The notes beneath the pieces are model-generated. The model ran no database searches. It saw nothing but the letters and a program-made list of their open reading frames with translations, and was not told the DNA's origin. 52,395 nucleotides of DNA from Octopus bimaculoides (lineage: Eukaryota): positions 18,571,126-18,623,520 of the forward strand of contig NC_068993.1 in the NCBI RefSeq assembly GCF_001194135.2, written 5' to 3'. Every line of letters starts with the position of its first letter. Within the stretch, counting starts at the first letter, position 1. Positions 26,377 to 40,159 of the stretch are shown here, piece by piece. A program made the translations under genes and the position numbers.

Positions 26377-27305
26377 CATTGATGTACACATAGCTATAGT
26401 ACAAACGAGCAAACAAGCACTATTGTAATACATATCTCCGTGGTATACATCTTTACAAGTCAATAGATTACACATAACTTTAATGCACATTTCTGTTGTT
26501 CCAATCTCCAAACATCATTGTATTACAGTTCACTCTAATGCGACAAATATAATTATAATGTACTTCATGTATATACTACAGCATGTCACTGATATATACA
26601 TGGCTATATTACACGTCATTCTTGTTAACATAACTGGATCACAAATCATTGCTGTATACATCTCTGTATTGTAAAATAGTACACATTACGGTTCCTATAC
26701 ATTACTGTAATATATATCTTTGTAGTGCTCATCATTATTGTTTTTAGCACTCATGTCTACTACTTTATGATAGCATTTATAACCAAGATACAAACCATAT
26801 AACCATTTTGTTGAATGCCCGCCTTCTTATGACTCAGCCAACTGAATGTCTTCGCCAGTTGTCTAACTATAATGAATTAATATATTTGCAGTCATGTAGT
26901 GAAGGCTATGTAACGGCGATGATTTTTTTCAGCACATCTAGTTTCGTCTCCCAGCTGGAGTCGCATTTATTTCCATAGCTAATGCCTCTGGTAAACAACA
27001 TGCATGAAACGCAGCACCTATTGAATTGCTTATGTAATAAGTGATTAGATCTCGAGTCAGACACTGTTTTGAACATAGATGCATATTTGTGATTCCCTCT
27101 CTGGATGCGCTGTATGTGAGTGAGATTGAGTGCAAGAGAGAACGAGAGAGAGGGGGAGGAGTGAGGTGGAGAGGGAGAGAGAGAGAGGGAAGGAGACACA
27201 AGATCCATTTGTTAGATATTCATATATAAGACATATGACCTCAAGTTCGAATATCTTTTCAGTAGATGACTACAGGGACAACGAGATCAGCAGCGATAAT
27301 ATAAT

Positions 27306-27460
27306 ATAAAAACAAAACCGACAAGAGCAACAGCAGCAGCAACAAGAACAACAAGAATAACAACAGCAACTACGACAACAACAACAACAACAATAGCAGT
27401 AGCAGTAGTAGCAGTAGCAGCAGTAGCAAGAACAAGAAAAAAACAACAACAATAGTCAGA
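27306..27460. repeat. Compound (CAA)/(CAG)/(TAG) trinucleotide tract
   Basis: Direct reading. Confidence 0.9.
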
Positions 27461-27795
27461 GTAACAGCAGGAATTACAACAACAAAAATAGCGACGAAGA
27501 CGAAACGAAGTCGATTCGTTTAATCGTTAGCAAATAGACGGTGGTCAAACAAATCGCCATTTTGTTGCCATTAAAAAAACAACAGCAAATAAATGTAATA
27601 AACGGAAAATGCGTTAAGAGATGAAACTTCACTGCTTTGCAAAAAGAAACTTGTTAGAACTACATAACAATCACTGATTATCTTCTAAGCATAGATATTT
27701 ATCGATCACCCATACAATCAGTAGGAATCACTTTTTAATTGTCTAATTTATGTATTCATTCAACTGTTGCTGGTGTACTTTGAGACGCTCTGAGT

Positions 27796-28053
27796 CAGTA
27801 GTTCTCAGTTTAGGTCCATATGGCCCTTACGGCTCCCCTACAAGATTTTATTGTTAAAATTTCTGTGCAATAAATTGGTTATACTTCAACAATACGTAAG
27901 ATATTTTAATTTTATGAATACAATTCTTGTTAATATTTAATTATAAAAATAGAGCTAAAATGTTTTTAATATACAATGAATGGCCATGGAGGTCTAGTAG
28001 AGTAAAATAGGAACCAAAGGGGTCCTTAGGCAAAAAATAGTTGAGGGCCACTG
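27796..28053. mobile_element. hAT (Charlie-like) MITE, old
   Basis: Ends CAGTAGTTCTCAG / GTTGAGGGCCACTG resemble the CAGTGGTTCTCAAC TIR; 8-bp TSD degraded. Confidence 0.6.
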
Positions 28054-28454
28054 CCCTACAATCATATATAATGCTATCCAGAAAAAAACAAAACAAAATA
28101 AAAAAAACCCAAAAACATGAGAATGAACTTCGCTGAATTGTAATAATCAAGTCGATGTGAATTGTAGACTGCAGTGTGACCATTGCCAATAAATTGATCT
28201 CTCATCGATCAGTGACTAATAGATAAATGTAAAGTTTAGTTTAGTTTTGTAAGTAATAGAAACACTTATAATTGTTAGGTGAAAGTTGTTTCGGCTTGTA
28301 GTGCTGAACTCGAATATACAACCCTACACATCGATGTGATACACATTAGTGTGTAGTGTACATTACTTTACAACATGTTGTAGCACACTATTGTTTTCAA
28401 CAATGGTGCGTACTTGCTAATTGTAGAGTGTACAACCAAGATACGAATCATCTA

Positions 28455-28671
28455 CAAGAAGGTGCTGAAAAGTTCCTGGCTTTAAGGGTGTAGCGAAAGG
28501 CCTGCTTGGAAGCCCAAACATCCGAGTTCTTTTACAGGGCTTAGAAAAACTGAACGTCAACTGCAATAAGTGTGTGAATCTGAGATAGGAATATGTTGGA
28601 TAAAATCATAATTAACTGATCCTCCTGTATTTTCTTTTAACCAAAGCCAAAAAATTTTCAGCAACCCGGCG
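28455..28671 (+). mobile_element. Mariner-derived MITE (217 bp)
   Basis: TA flanks; TIRs CAAGAAGGTGCTGAAAAGTTCCTGGCTTT / AAAGCCAAAAAATTTTCAGCAACCCGGCG; keeps the extreme transposase C-terminus; second copy at 38264. Confidence 0.85.
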
Positions 28672-28784
28672 TATTTCATTTATTGCAAGACTATATCCAT
28701 TTTCTAGTGGCTTACTAAACGAAAGTCTCCATCATTTGTTAACTATTATAAAATAGTACATACATACATACATACATCATTGCG

Positions 28785-28829
<45 letters not shown>

Positions 28830-29269
28830 GAACAAAAATGTATATGAAATATACATATGAACAAATATGAACAAATATATATGAAATACACTATGTGGTA
28901 ACGAATGCGATGTTAACAAACGAGGATATTTAATGAGATTATATTTTTTTCTAGCGTATTTATTCTAAAAACACTGTAACCATTCTGGTCACGAATAAAT
29001 ACTTGTCGTCATCATCACTGTTTTTTAAAAATATATTTTTGTTGTTATCGAATCGCCTTTAGTCAGACATCTTTTTTTTATGTTATTTTAGTTATGTGTA
29101 ATTCATTAAGAATTTGTAATAAGTCAGACGATAATTTAAATCTTGCAGGATAATTATACATAATTAAAATCTTCTATGATAATTGTTCTTGAACGATATT
29201 CTTGTGTGCATGTGTTTTACTGTATTGAACTTTTCGTAGGAAACACCAATATTTTTGAAATGGTAGTGT

Positions 29270-29930
29270 TGTCATTGTTTAGTGCTAGGTCAGTCTTTAA
29301 ACGAGCAGACCAATAGCACTATGTAACACAAGTTTTATCCTTAGGTAGCAACTTTTATTTCCTATTTGCAAGCCCCGAGAAAATATGAAGAATGGCTAAT
29401 ATTTCCTTAAAACTTTGCTTTCGTTACATTTAATCAAATCCCAAAGAATCCCTCTCAACACCTACCTCTGATGCTTCCCCACTACTGTCAACCACTAAAT
29501 GATATTGCTCAAGTGGTTAAGATCATGTAATTGACAAGCAAATCTGTGGTGTTGAGCAGAATATTTGCGATAACAATGCTTCAGGAACTCAGAGCTAAAT
29601 CTGTCTGAAATGTAATGGAAAATAGGTCGCTTTCAAGACATTGTTGTCCAGGTCATAAAAGCAAAGTTTGAAGGGAATAGTAGTCATTTCCTTTTATTTC
29701 TAGATAGAAGCAAATGGGAAACGACACTTACTGACCAAATACAAGAAAAAAAAAATGTTACACAATGTAATCGAAAGTGTACGAACTGTAATCAGTCCAT
29801 CTTTTTCTATACCTCTCATAACATTTTTCAATGTCTCTTTCCATTTCTTATTCGCTTTTGATACAATAGGATGCCATTTGATAGAATTTGATTGCTATTT
29901 TTAGCATATCAAATTATCGCGTACAATGAG
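29270..29930 (-). mobile_element. Element E copy interrupted by the MITE at 29317-29767
   Basis: Tail (29270-29316) and body (29768-29930, GCTAAAAATAGCAATCAAA) are collinear across the MITE. Confidence 0.6.
29317..29767 (-). mobile_element. CACT(A/G)TGTAAC MITE, reverse-complement copy of 3587-4055
   Basis: Ends CACTATGTAACA / TGTTACACAATG; internal sequence aligns to the 3587 copy. Confidence 0.85.
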
Positions 29931-30123
29931 CTTCCTTATCCAAGAAACATTCAACAGTGGTCTTGTTTGATAAGGTTTTAGGCGCTTTCTGTTTTCTGTG
30001 TAATATCACATACGACTGAAAGGACTTTTGTCGATGAAAACTGACAGCAGTCATGAACTCATACATCTAGCAATCCAGTATTTGATTAAATATGTGTAAT
30101 AGCGAACGGTAAGTGAATATGTT

Positions 30124-30438
30124 GGTGCAATGGCTTAGTGGTTAGAGTATTCGATTCACTTACGTACGGTCGTATGTTCGATTCACGGCGGTGTCTTGTG
30201 TTCTTGAGCAAGACACTTTATTTCACGTTGCGCCTAGTCTATTCAGCTGCTAAAAATATATCTGTATTTCAAAGAGCCAGACTTGTCACTCTCTGAGTCA
30301 CGCTGAATCTCCCTGAGAACTAAGTTAAGGGTACGTGTGTCTACGGAGTGCTCAGCCACTTGCACATTAATTTCATGAGTAGGCTGTTCGGTTGACTGGA
30401 TCAACTTGAAGACTCCTCGTCGTAACCGACGGAGTGTC
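30124..30438 (+). mobile_element. SINE-B head and CORE joined to the SINE-D 3' tail
   Basis: A box TGGCTTAGTGG; TGTGTTCTTGAGCAAGACACTTTATTTCACGTTG; then TCAAAGAGCCAG..CGTAACCGACGGAGTG. Confidence 0.85.
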
Positions 30439-30764
30439 TTCAGGTGAGTATATGTGGGGATATGAAATTGGTTATAATGATGCTTGCGCATCTTTATGAA
30501 TGATACTGAATTTAATTCATCGGTTGCAGGCTCGCAAAATAGCTTGCATAATCCTATTGCTTATAGGCCGTCGGTATTACTTCATTTTTTAGGTCAAAAA
30601 CTGATAATTATTTTTGAACAAATTAAACTTAAATTATTTTTATTGACGTCTAAGATTACAGACATTTACAGACATTGGCTTTCTTGGGTATCATACAAGG
30701 AACTGTATAACATTTGATGAGAGTGTTTGTTCGAATTTTCCAGCAAAATTAGGAGCTTGCAGGC

Positions 30765-31054
30765 GAAAGCATGGCTATGTAGTTAGAAATGCTTTGAAAC
30801 CATTTTGTTTTCGTTTCCCTTGTGAAACACTTTCGTCAAATGTCTTCTATTGCTGCGGGTTGGTCTTTAAATTACGAGTGGAATGTGGTGCATAGAAACT
30901 TTGTGGGAACTGGCAGTGTATGTATGTATGTATGTAAGTATGTATGTAAGTATGTATGTATGTATGCATGTATGTATGTGTGTGTGTGTATGTATGTATG
31001 TATATATGTATGTATGTATGTAAGTATGTATGTATGTATGTATGCATGTATGTA

Positions 31055-31085
<31 letters not shown>

Positions 31086-31250
31086 ATGCATGTATGCATG
31101 TATGTGTGTGTGTATGTATGTATGTATGTATGTATGTGTGTGTGTATGTATGTAAGTATGTATGTATGCTTGTATGTGTGCGTGTTGTGTGATTGTGTGT
31201 ATGGGGATATGTGTGTGATGCGCGTGTCAACCCTAAATTATTGATAATTT
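30765..31250 (+). mobile_element. Degenerate SINE-C 5' half followed by a (TATG)n mosaic
   Basis: GCATGGCTATGTAGTTAGAAATGC..CAAATGTCTTCTATTG..GAGTGGAATGTGGTG..GAAACT then microsatellite. Confidence 0.55.
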
Positions 31251-31449
31251 TATGACTATGTCATAAAATTATCAATTATTTATGACTTCAACGAGGAAAC
31301 TGAGTACTTTATTTAGCTTTTATAACATGAAATAGGACTGGTTTAAGACGACCTTATGGCTATGGTTGGAGGGTATAGCGGTCTGTTAAATATGTTTGTG
31401 AGTAATGTTTTCATTCATTGCATCTTTAGTGCAGTATAAAATACAGGTA

Positions 31450-31560
31450 CTACTCACTTTGCCAGCTGAGTGAATTAGAGCAACGTGAAATAAAGTGTCT
31501 TGCTCAAGAACAAAACGCGCCGCCTGAAATCGATCTCGCGACCTTACGATGTGAATGCTT
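31450..31560 (-). mobile_element. SINE-B fragment
   Basis: CAGCTGAGTGAATTAGAGCAACGTGAAATAAAGTGTCTTGCTCAAGAACA. Confidence 0.8.
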
Positions 31561-31776
31561 GTCAGTGTTAAGTCGAGTAACTTATTCAGAGATAAATTGT
31601 CTGAAAGAGATACGATCTTAGAGTCCCTAAGGACATAACCTTTTCAACTTCGTTATCTTTCGCTTTTCCTCTTATTCATTTCACACGTCGTTATACTTTT
31701 CCACTACTCAACGCTTTTCCAATGTGGCAGATATCGAACAAAAAGTGAAACTTCTTTTTGCATCGACATAATCACA

Positions 31777-32205
31777 GGCGTAGCTGTGTTGTAAGAAGGT
31801 TGCTTCCCAACAAAATGGTTCAAGGTTCGCTTGCACTGTGTGGAATCTTAGGCAAGTATCTTCTATTACCGCCTCGGACCGACCAAAACTATCTGAGTGG
31901 ATTTGGTAAACGGAAACTGGAAGAAACCCGTATGTATGTATGTATGTATGTATGTATGTATGTATGTATGTATGTATGTATGTATGTAGGCATGCGCGCG
32001 CGTGTATGTATGTATGTATGTATGTATGTATGTATGTATGTATGTATGTATCTATCTATCTATCTATCTATCTATTTATTTATCTATCTATCTCTATCTA
32101 AAGTGTTGGATATATTCGTTAGTGATTGCTATTGTTCAAGGATATACTCAATATATTTATTCCGGATATTCCGACCGCGAGCTTGATGTGCCTTGAAAAC
32201 ATCCG

Positions 32206-32293
<88 letters not shown>

Positions 32294-32400
32294 TTCTGTA
32301 TTTGTTGTATCTATTTGTTCCTGAAGAAAGTCCTGAAGTCGATTCGTTCGACTCAGTATTCTTCTAGTAAGTGCCTTCCAGTAGGTGCCCCAGCATGATA
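31777..32400 (+). mobile_element. SINE-C (composite SINE with internal microsatellite)
   Basis: Head GGCGTAGCTGTGTTGTAAGAAGGTTGCTTCCC; ..GAGTGGATTTGGTAAACGGAAACTGGAAGAAACCCG then (TATG)n/(TATC)n/(TG)n; 3' remnant AAGTCCTGAAGTCGATT..GTGCCCCAGCATG. Confidence 0.8.
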
Positions 32401-32925
32401 AAAGATACATGAATCGTCATATTTATAGAGAAACAATTTACCATCTTAACAATAAAGGCATTTCAATAACAACCGTGTAGTGGTACCCAGAAGAAAAAAA
32501 TTTGGTCCTTGATGCGAGACCTTATAAAGTTAACTGGAAATTTACAAGTCTGCTCTACTCGCATACAGTGAAGGGGTCGAATAGAATTCTCACCGACGTG
32601 AATGTTTCAACACAAACGCACATCAGCTAACTACACTGAGATTAGATAGTGACCATGAACAAAAGGAGAGCCTATATTTAAATGGCCGTCAGCAGGTAAA
32701 TGAAAATGTTTCTTAAAATTCAAAATGGCTATCAGATTGTTTTCTCGGAAAATATATCTCTTTTTCAAGAATAATTTTCTTTGGTATATATTTTATAAGT
32801 AAATTTGTTTATTCATATATGTAAATTTATCTACGTGAGCTGGGATTACTTTCCAAAAGTGTATGCATTTTTATGTTCCAGATTTGATGCTCATGTTTGC
32901 ATGATTGCATGATTCTGCCTGCAAA

Positions 32926-32986
<61 letters not shown>

Positions 32987-33550
32987 ACTCACTCTGTCTG
33001 CATGTATTTGTGCCTGCTTATATATGGGTGCGTAAATAAAGTAAATATGAAACATTTTTACAAGATTCATACCTTTTATTATTTGCACTGTTCGCTTTTG
33101 TTGTTGTTGTTGTTATTATTAATAACATTTCCACGATATTTTTTGAGAAATCTGTCAGAAAATTTATGGAAACATTACAGAGGCCCTTGATATATTTTAA
33201 ATTTCGAAAATAAAAAATCATCGTTATTAGCGAACTATTTATTCAGATTCATGATTTGGTTTATATTTTCACCCAATATTTTCATTCTTTTTCTTCTTCT
33301 TTTACAACTGTTACTGGTTCAGAGTTGAGTCGTATTAGCGTTTTCTCTTCATATTTTATTCCAAGGACGTGCAACGAATCGATTTTATGAACAAGCAATG
33401 TATGCTCCCTAACAACAGCTGCTGTTGGCTGGGGGATCTTTTTGCTTCCCTTCCCCCATTCCATTCCGACTCCATCACATATGGTAAGAAATATATGGGA
33501 TTTTATTTCGTTCTGAGTTTTTCTCTTTAATTTCTTTTAGAAAACACAGT

Positions 33551-33580
33551 TACTTGTAGTAGTAATAATAATAATAATAA

Positions 33581-33644
<64 letters not shown>

Positions 33645-33838
33645 TATTGTTGTTGTTGTTGTTGCTATATTTCGGGGCCTTACTGCATAGGGGTTTAAAT
33701 TACTTCAACGAATTTTACTTTTTTTCTCTAATTTCATGAATCCAAACAGTCAGTTGTATATGTGTGTTTCTGTATGTATGTATGTATGTATGTATGTATG
33801 TATGTATGTATGTATGTATGTATGTATGCATATATATA

Positions 33839-33876
<38 letters not shown>

Positions 33877-33932
33877 CATATATATACATATATATATATA
33901 CATATATACATAGATATATATGTACATATATA

Positions 33933-34018
<86 letters not shown>

Positions 34019-34240
34019 CATGTATATATATATATATATATATAAGTATATACATATACATATCTATATACATGTATATATATGTGTATATATATTTACA
34101 TGGATATATGCATGTATATATATATGTGTGTATATGCATGTATATATATATGTGTGTATATGCATACGTACATACAAAAATACTTACGTATAGATACACA
34201 CACACACACGCATACTTGTATACACATGAACACACACGCA
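33551..34240. repeat. (AAT)(AGT)(GTT) tract and (TATG)/(TA)/(CA) mosaic
   Basis: Direct reading. Confidence 0.9.
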
Positions 34241-35019
34241 CATATTATTAGCAGATGCCACTGATCGATTACAAAAATGTCAAAGACTTTTATAAAGGAA
34301 AATAATGGTAATTACTGATGGGCACCGCATGAAATCGAATAGATTTATGCAACAAATAAACAAAAATATGGAGGAAATATTGCTTTGATTCCTTTCATCT
34401 CTTGCCGTGACCTCACTACCTTGTAAGCTTATCCGAATGTCCATGGTGTAGCATGGCTGAATGATATCTCTTTGACTGGTTTTTACCAACATTTGGTGTT
34501 ATAGTTATTGGGATTTTGAATACCTGACCCATTATATGTAAATACTGAGCTTGTATCATGTTCTTAAGTCATTCAGCTTTACTCTACCTGTGTCTGTCTT
34601 ACCGAGATAAAAGATATGATAAATGTAGCAGTAATGTTCTCTTAACACAGACTATGAAACATAATTTCATATTCAACATAATTTAGAAAATCTACTAATT
34701 TATAAAACATGGTTGGGTTATAGTTATAATTACGTTAAAATATCGTTGGAAAAGATACCTTCCTTAGCTTAGTTAGAAGTCCAAATTATTTGGAGGCGGA
34801 GAATGAGATTTCTGACATTTAGAACTCTCAGTGCTAGATTTTGATATAAGCTAACCAAGTTACTATAACCTTTTGCTCTCTATGAAGCACAAGTCATCGA
34901 CGGTAATTCCCCACTACCCTTGACTCTGGCTGTTTTTTCTGCTTGTCTGCTTCTTCTTCTGCCAGTTCTTGTTGGTTTCAGTTGTCATTGATGCTTCTGT
35001 AACTTTGATGTTGTTCTAG

Positions 35020-35340
35020 GAGGGGTGTTGGTCCCAACATAAATCCACTTCTGTAAAACGTTGGTCCATATGAGACTGGTCTCTGTCCTTTAACCTGTGT
35101 AGGATGGGAGTCCTTATGAATTCCTGCGCACCACTTGCATGGTTTTCAGAATCATTGACACATATAACCCAACACACCGCAAGAAGAACTGTACCTTGCA
35201 GTGCCGAAAAAGTAACAGAGGCCGCCAAACAAAAAGAGGCATGCATATATGTTTTCAATTATCGTGTGATCGTCAGGTATATTTTTTTCAAACAATGTGT
35301 CTTTAAGCGTTATAAGGCACAGCACATCACGAATTCTAAA
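35020..35340 (+). pseudogene. Possible piggyBac transposase C-terminal cysteine-rich domain remnant
   Basis: Stitched frames RKKNCTLQCRKSNRGRQTK / CDRQVYFFQTMC / FKRY loosely resemble the CxxC..CxxC..CF..YH domain; several frameshifts needed. Confidence 0.3.
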
Positions 35341-35659
35341 TCCAGCATTGACCATAGATATTAGTGATATAGGAGAAGACTATCAATAGTCAATGCTCAA
35401 AACGGTTTCTTCAACTAGGAGTACCTTCAATTTATTCGTTACGCAATGGCAAATGTCTACCTTAGTATAATGCGACCTAAAGAATATCTGCGATCTTCGG
35501 CAAATATTTTACTTGGCTTGTTTTAATCTACTTAGCGGACAGTGTTCATAAATTAATGAGTAACAAGATTAGTATGGTAACAGTCTGGGATCCAAAGTCA
35601 TTTATATGTTTCCTCATATGAGAAAGGTTGATATATATATTTGAAAATATATATTGATG

Positions 35660-36410
<751 letters not shown>

Positions 36411-37150
36411 CAGGCGTTGCATTGTGAGTGCGCGTGTGAAATATTTATGAAACGAGACAAAACGAAACAAAGATTCGGCTAGCGACTCATTCAGGGACTG
36501 AGAACTTCACGTGAATTTGCTTTCACCGTCTACTGACGTTTAATTTGCCTCGTTAATTAACTACTGTACTGTTTGAACTTCGTATCTTTCTATTTCATTT
36601 GTTTTCTTGCCGTTGTTACTGTTGTTGTATAGTGAAATATCAGGTGCAGTTGGGCAGACATGTGATCACAATCTGTCCTGCTGTGACCTTCTCATCTTTT
36701 TGTCTATCTATAACTGTATCGCTCAGTATGGCCTTTCTTCATGTGTCTTTTACAGCTCTCTGTTTTGTTCTTATATTTTTAAGATTGTAGAATATATCTT
36801 GAGCGGAGATCGGTTGCTTGTTTATCCTTGTATTGTAGGTGTTTATTTTTCATCAATCTACCTTGAGTTAGTTATTGGGTACCATTAAATTCGATCTTAA
36901 TAGCAGAAGAATCCGGTCTCTCAGTCGATTCCGTTCCCTGCACGAAAACCATTTACTTCACTTATCCTTTGGATAAAAGAATAAACGTCGCAGTTTTAAT
37001 TTTACCGTGGCCTATGCATACACACACACATACATACATACATACATACATACATACATACATACATACATCAAATTAAATGCATTGTACCGATGTTAAA
37101 ACGTTTTACTACCAACCATCTCTCGATACAAATGTTTTCAATATAAGCTT

Positions 37151-37329
37151 ATGCTTAGCGGATTTTATCCGTCTTTACATTCTGACCTCAAATTCCACCG
37201 TGGTCGACTTTGACTTTCATCCTTTCGGGGTCGATAAAATAAGTACCAGTTGCACACTGGGGTTGATTTAATCGACTCACCTTTTCCCGAAAACTTTCAG
37301 CCTTGTGCCAAAATTTGAAACTAATATTA
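37151..37329 (+). mobile_element. SINE-A
   Basis: Core GTCGACTTTGACTTTCATCCTTTCGGGGTCGATAAAATAAGTACCAG; tail CAAAATTTGAAACTAATATT. Confidence 0.9.
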
Positions 37330-37751
37330 GAATTTATAATGAAAGTGTAAGTTATTACAGATGGGGTGTGTGTGAATTGCAGGTTGGTTCTGATTTTAAC
37401 TTTATCGCTCGTTTAAGTTATTTTACTTCTATCGCATTAATATATTTTTTAGTTCAAATCTCGCCAATATCACTTATGACTTTTTATTCTTCTCGGTTGA
37501 ATAAACTAGGTGCTAGTAAGTACTTGAGTCAATATAATCGGCTGTTCAAATCCCACAAATTGTGCAGTCAAATGTTTCTTTCAGAATTGTTCAATCGCTC
37601 TATCGACCAGACTACCAGATATACTTACACATCGCTGGTCACAGTGCACTTCCTTTCTTCCGTTAATTAAACCCTTCGTTTCTATTTGATCTGAAGCTTT
37701 AGGCTGTGCTATTTTCAAATCGTCTTGGTGGCCTTCCTGATGGTCGCTTCC

Positions 37752-37860
37752 GATCTCCTGGTACTCAACTGGTACTTATCTTACAACCCCGAAAGGATGA
37801 ACGGCAAACTCAACCTCATTCGAACTCAGACCATAAAGACACAAAATACCGCTATGCTAT
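37752..37860 (-). mobile_element. SINE-A fragment
   Basis: CAACTGGTACTTATCTTACAACCCCGAAAGGATGAACGGCAAA. Confidence 0.75.
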
Positions 37861-37884
37861 ATGTATCTCTTATATTTTCGAGTT

Positions 37885-38160
37885 ATTTGGTAATTCGAGA
37901 ATGGAACGACATGATTGCAGGATACCGAGAGCACAAGTTCAACTGATTTGGACTTGTCACAAGATTCGCAGAGAAAATGTGAAGCCGTGCGGTTGTCGGG
38001 CGATATCCAACAAATCGGAAACGACCATCCGGAAGACCTCCACGACAATGAGAAAACGAATTGGGCCAAGATAGAAAAGAAGACCGCAATCAAAAAGAGA
38101 ACTGGAAATGCATTGTGACCAGCGCTATATAACAACATGGAATAGTCTGGTCGATACAGA
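37885..38160 (+). mobile_element. RTE LINE 3' fragment (related to 19662-19990)
   Basis: IREWNDMIAGYREHKFN*FGLVTRF..SRAVVGRYPTNRKRPSGRPPRQ*EN; 3' end TAGTCTGGTCGATAC resembles TTGTCTGGACGATAC at ~19985. Confidence 0.8.
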
Positions 38161-38182
38161 TGATATATGTGTGTGTAAGTGT

Positions 38183-38220
<38 letters not shown>

Positions 38221-38263
38221 GTGTGTGTGCGTGTGTGTGTATGTATATGTATATACATATACA

Positions 38264-38447
38264 CGAGAGTGTACTGAAAAGTTACTGGCTTTAACGGTGC
38301 CGCGAAAGGGACTGGTTGCAGGCCCAATCTTCCGAGTTCTTCTACAGGGCTTAGAAAAACTGAAGAACCGCTGGAATGCGTGTGTGAATCTGAGAGGGGA
38401 ATATGTTGAATAAGATCATAATTAACTGATTCTCCTGTATTCTCTTT
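38264..38447 (+). mobile_element. Mariner-derived MITE lacking its right TIR
   Basis: Collinear with 28455-28640; encodes ..GLEKLKNRWNACVNLRGEYVE* (mariner C-terminus); stops at the Mutator end. Confidence 0.85.
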
Positions 38448-40097
38448 GGTGTCCAGTCAATTCGTCGACGGCTATTTGTCGTCGCTTAATTTGTCTCTGA
38501 CCAATTCGTCTACAGGTCAATTCGTCGTCTTCATTGAGATCATAGGAAAAATATGAATTAAACGAATATATGAATTAAAGAAACGTTTATTTTAAGGCTT
38601 GCTATATGACATATTTATTTTTTCTTAAAACTTAAGATTGTGTGCTTTTAGAAAGATAACTTTTTGGCTTGGATCTTATTTTTCCATGAGATTTTTTATA
38701 CGCAGGTTCATATCTCTGTACTTTTTTTTTCGCTTGTCTCTTGTCCTTGCATAAATTTCTGCAGTTTGTATTGGAAAACTTTTCCTCACATTTAATCGTA
38801 TCAGTAAGTTTCCAGATATTTGGATTACTAAATTTCACTGTGTTTTTTAGCGCGTTGTGATAGGTTTATAAACTATTTGTAGTACGAGCAATCCCCGTCA
38901 TGCATCGATCCCAAACATTTCAAATAGGCAATGGAAATGGAGACTCAAAGCGTCACCTCCTCTGTCCTCTTCCTCTAGGTGGTCCAATATAATTATTTTC
39001 AAAATAGGATACAATTGACAGTCGAATATCATTATCCACAAGTTATTCATATCCATCTACAACATCATCAATTGGCAGGAAGGCAAAGGCAACAAAACAC
39101 AGCATTTTTAGACTAAAACTGTCATCTTCGTGACATCTCCATTTTAGACCTTCTTGCACCACATACTTGTATACATTTTGTCCCAAATGGAACGAGCAGC
39201 ATGTCAAATTCGACCCAAGAAACGATTACAGAAATCCGTAATTGGCTGCCCTTTCGAAATCCATAGTTATATTATCAGATCCCTCTGCAGTAATTCATTT
39301 ATTTTGGCAAAAAGTCTATTATATGTGTCTTGACTTTTGTCAGAGAGCAATGCGAACAATCGTGTGTCATTAAAATTATCAATTTGAATGTGAAGTATAT
39401 ATACCTGAAAAAATATACTAGAGCAGCACTTATATGTTCCATCTGCCGCCCAGTTCTTGTGCCGTTTTAACTGTCGAAGTGCATCGTCACTTGCAAACAT
39501 TTGTATTCGTTTTGAATCTTCCATCCCACTTTCATAGTGTAAAAGCGTTTCATCATTGTCAAGGTAGGAGTATTCACTTGGAATGGAAAACCCAACATTT
39601 ATAAGTTATGTGGCAGGATAGTTGGAATAAACTTGCCTCCAACGTCTAATATTCCTATTTAGCTATGCAAACGGAGGTATTTGCTACAATGTACAGTCAT
39701 TCAAATTCTGAACTTCTCTAGCGATAATTGAGCGAGGGACATCACAGGATGAAATGGACTTTACTTTAATATGTGAAACTATTATCCTTGCATTTACCTC
39801 TGCAGCAGTTCAAGCATGATCATGCATCTCAATCTTCTTAAGTTCTTTATAATTTTCATCTGTATGAAGTCTCGCCTTTAACACACGATTTTCACACCTC
39901 CAGTATATCTTCAATCCATCTGCAATCTGCTTATTTTTAGTGTATATATAATTTTCTTGATTGACCACTTTGATTTTTCCTTTCTCTGAAGTTATGATCT
40001 TGCAGTATGTATATATATATTGATGGGGAGGCGTATTGAATAAATTTAATTTGATTTGCTTGAAAATCTTTGTTCGTAAACTGTTCTGCACAGAGAC

Positions 40098-40159
<62 letters not shown>

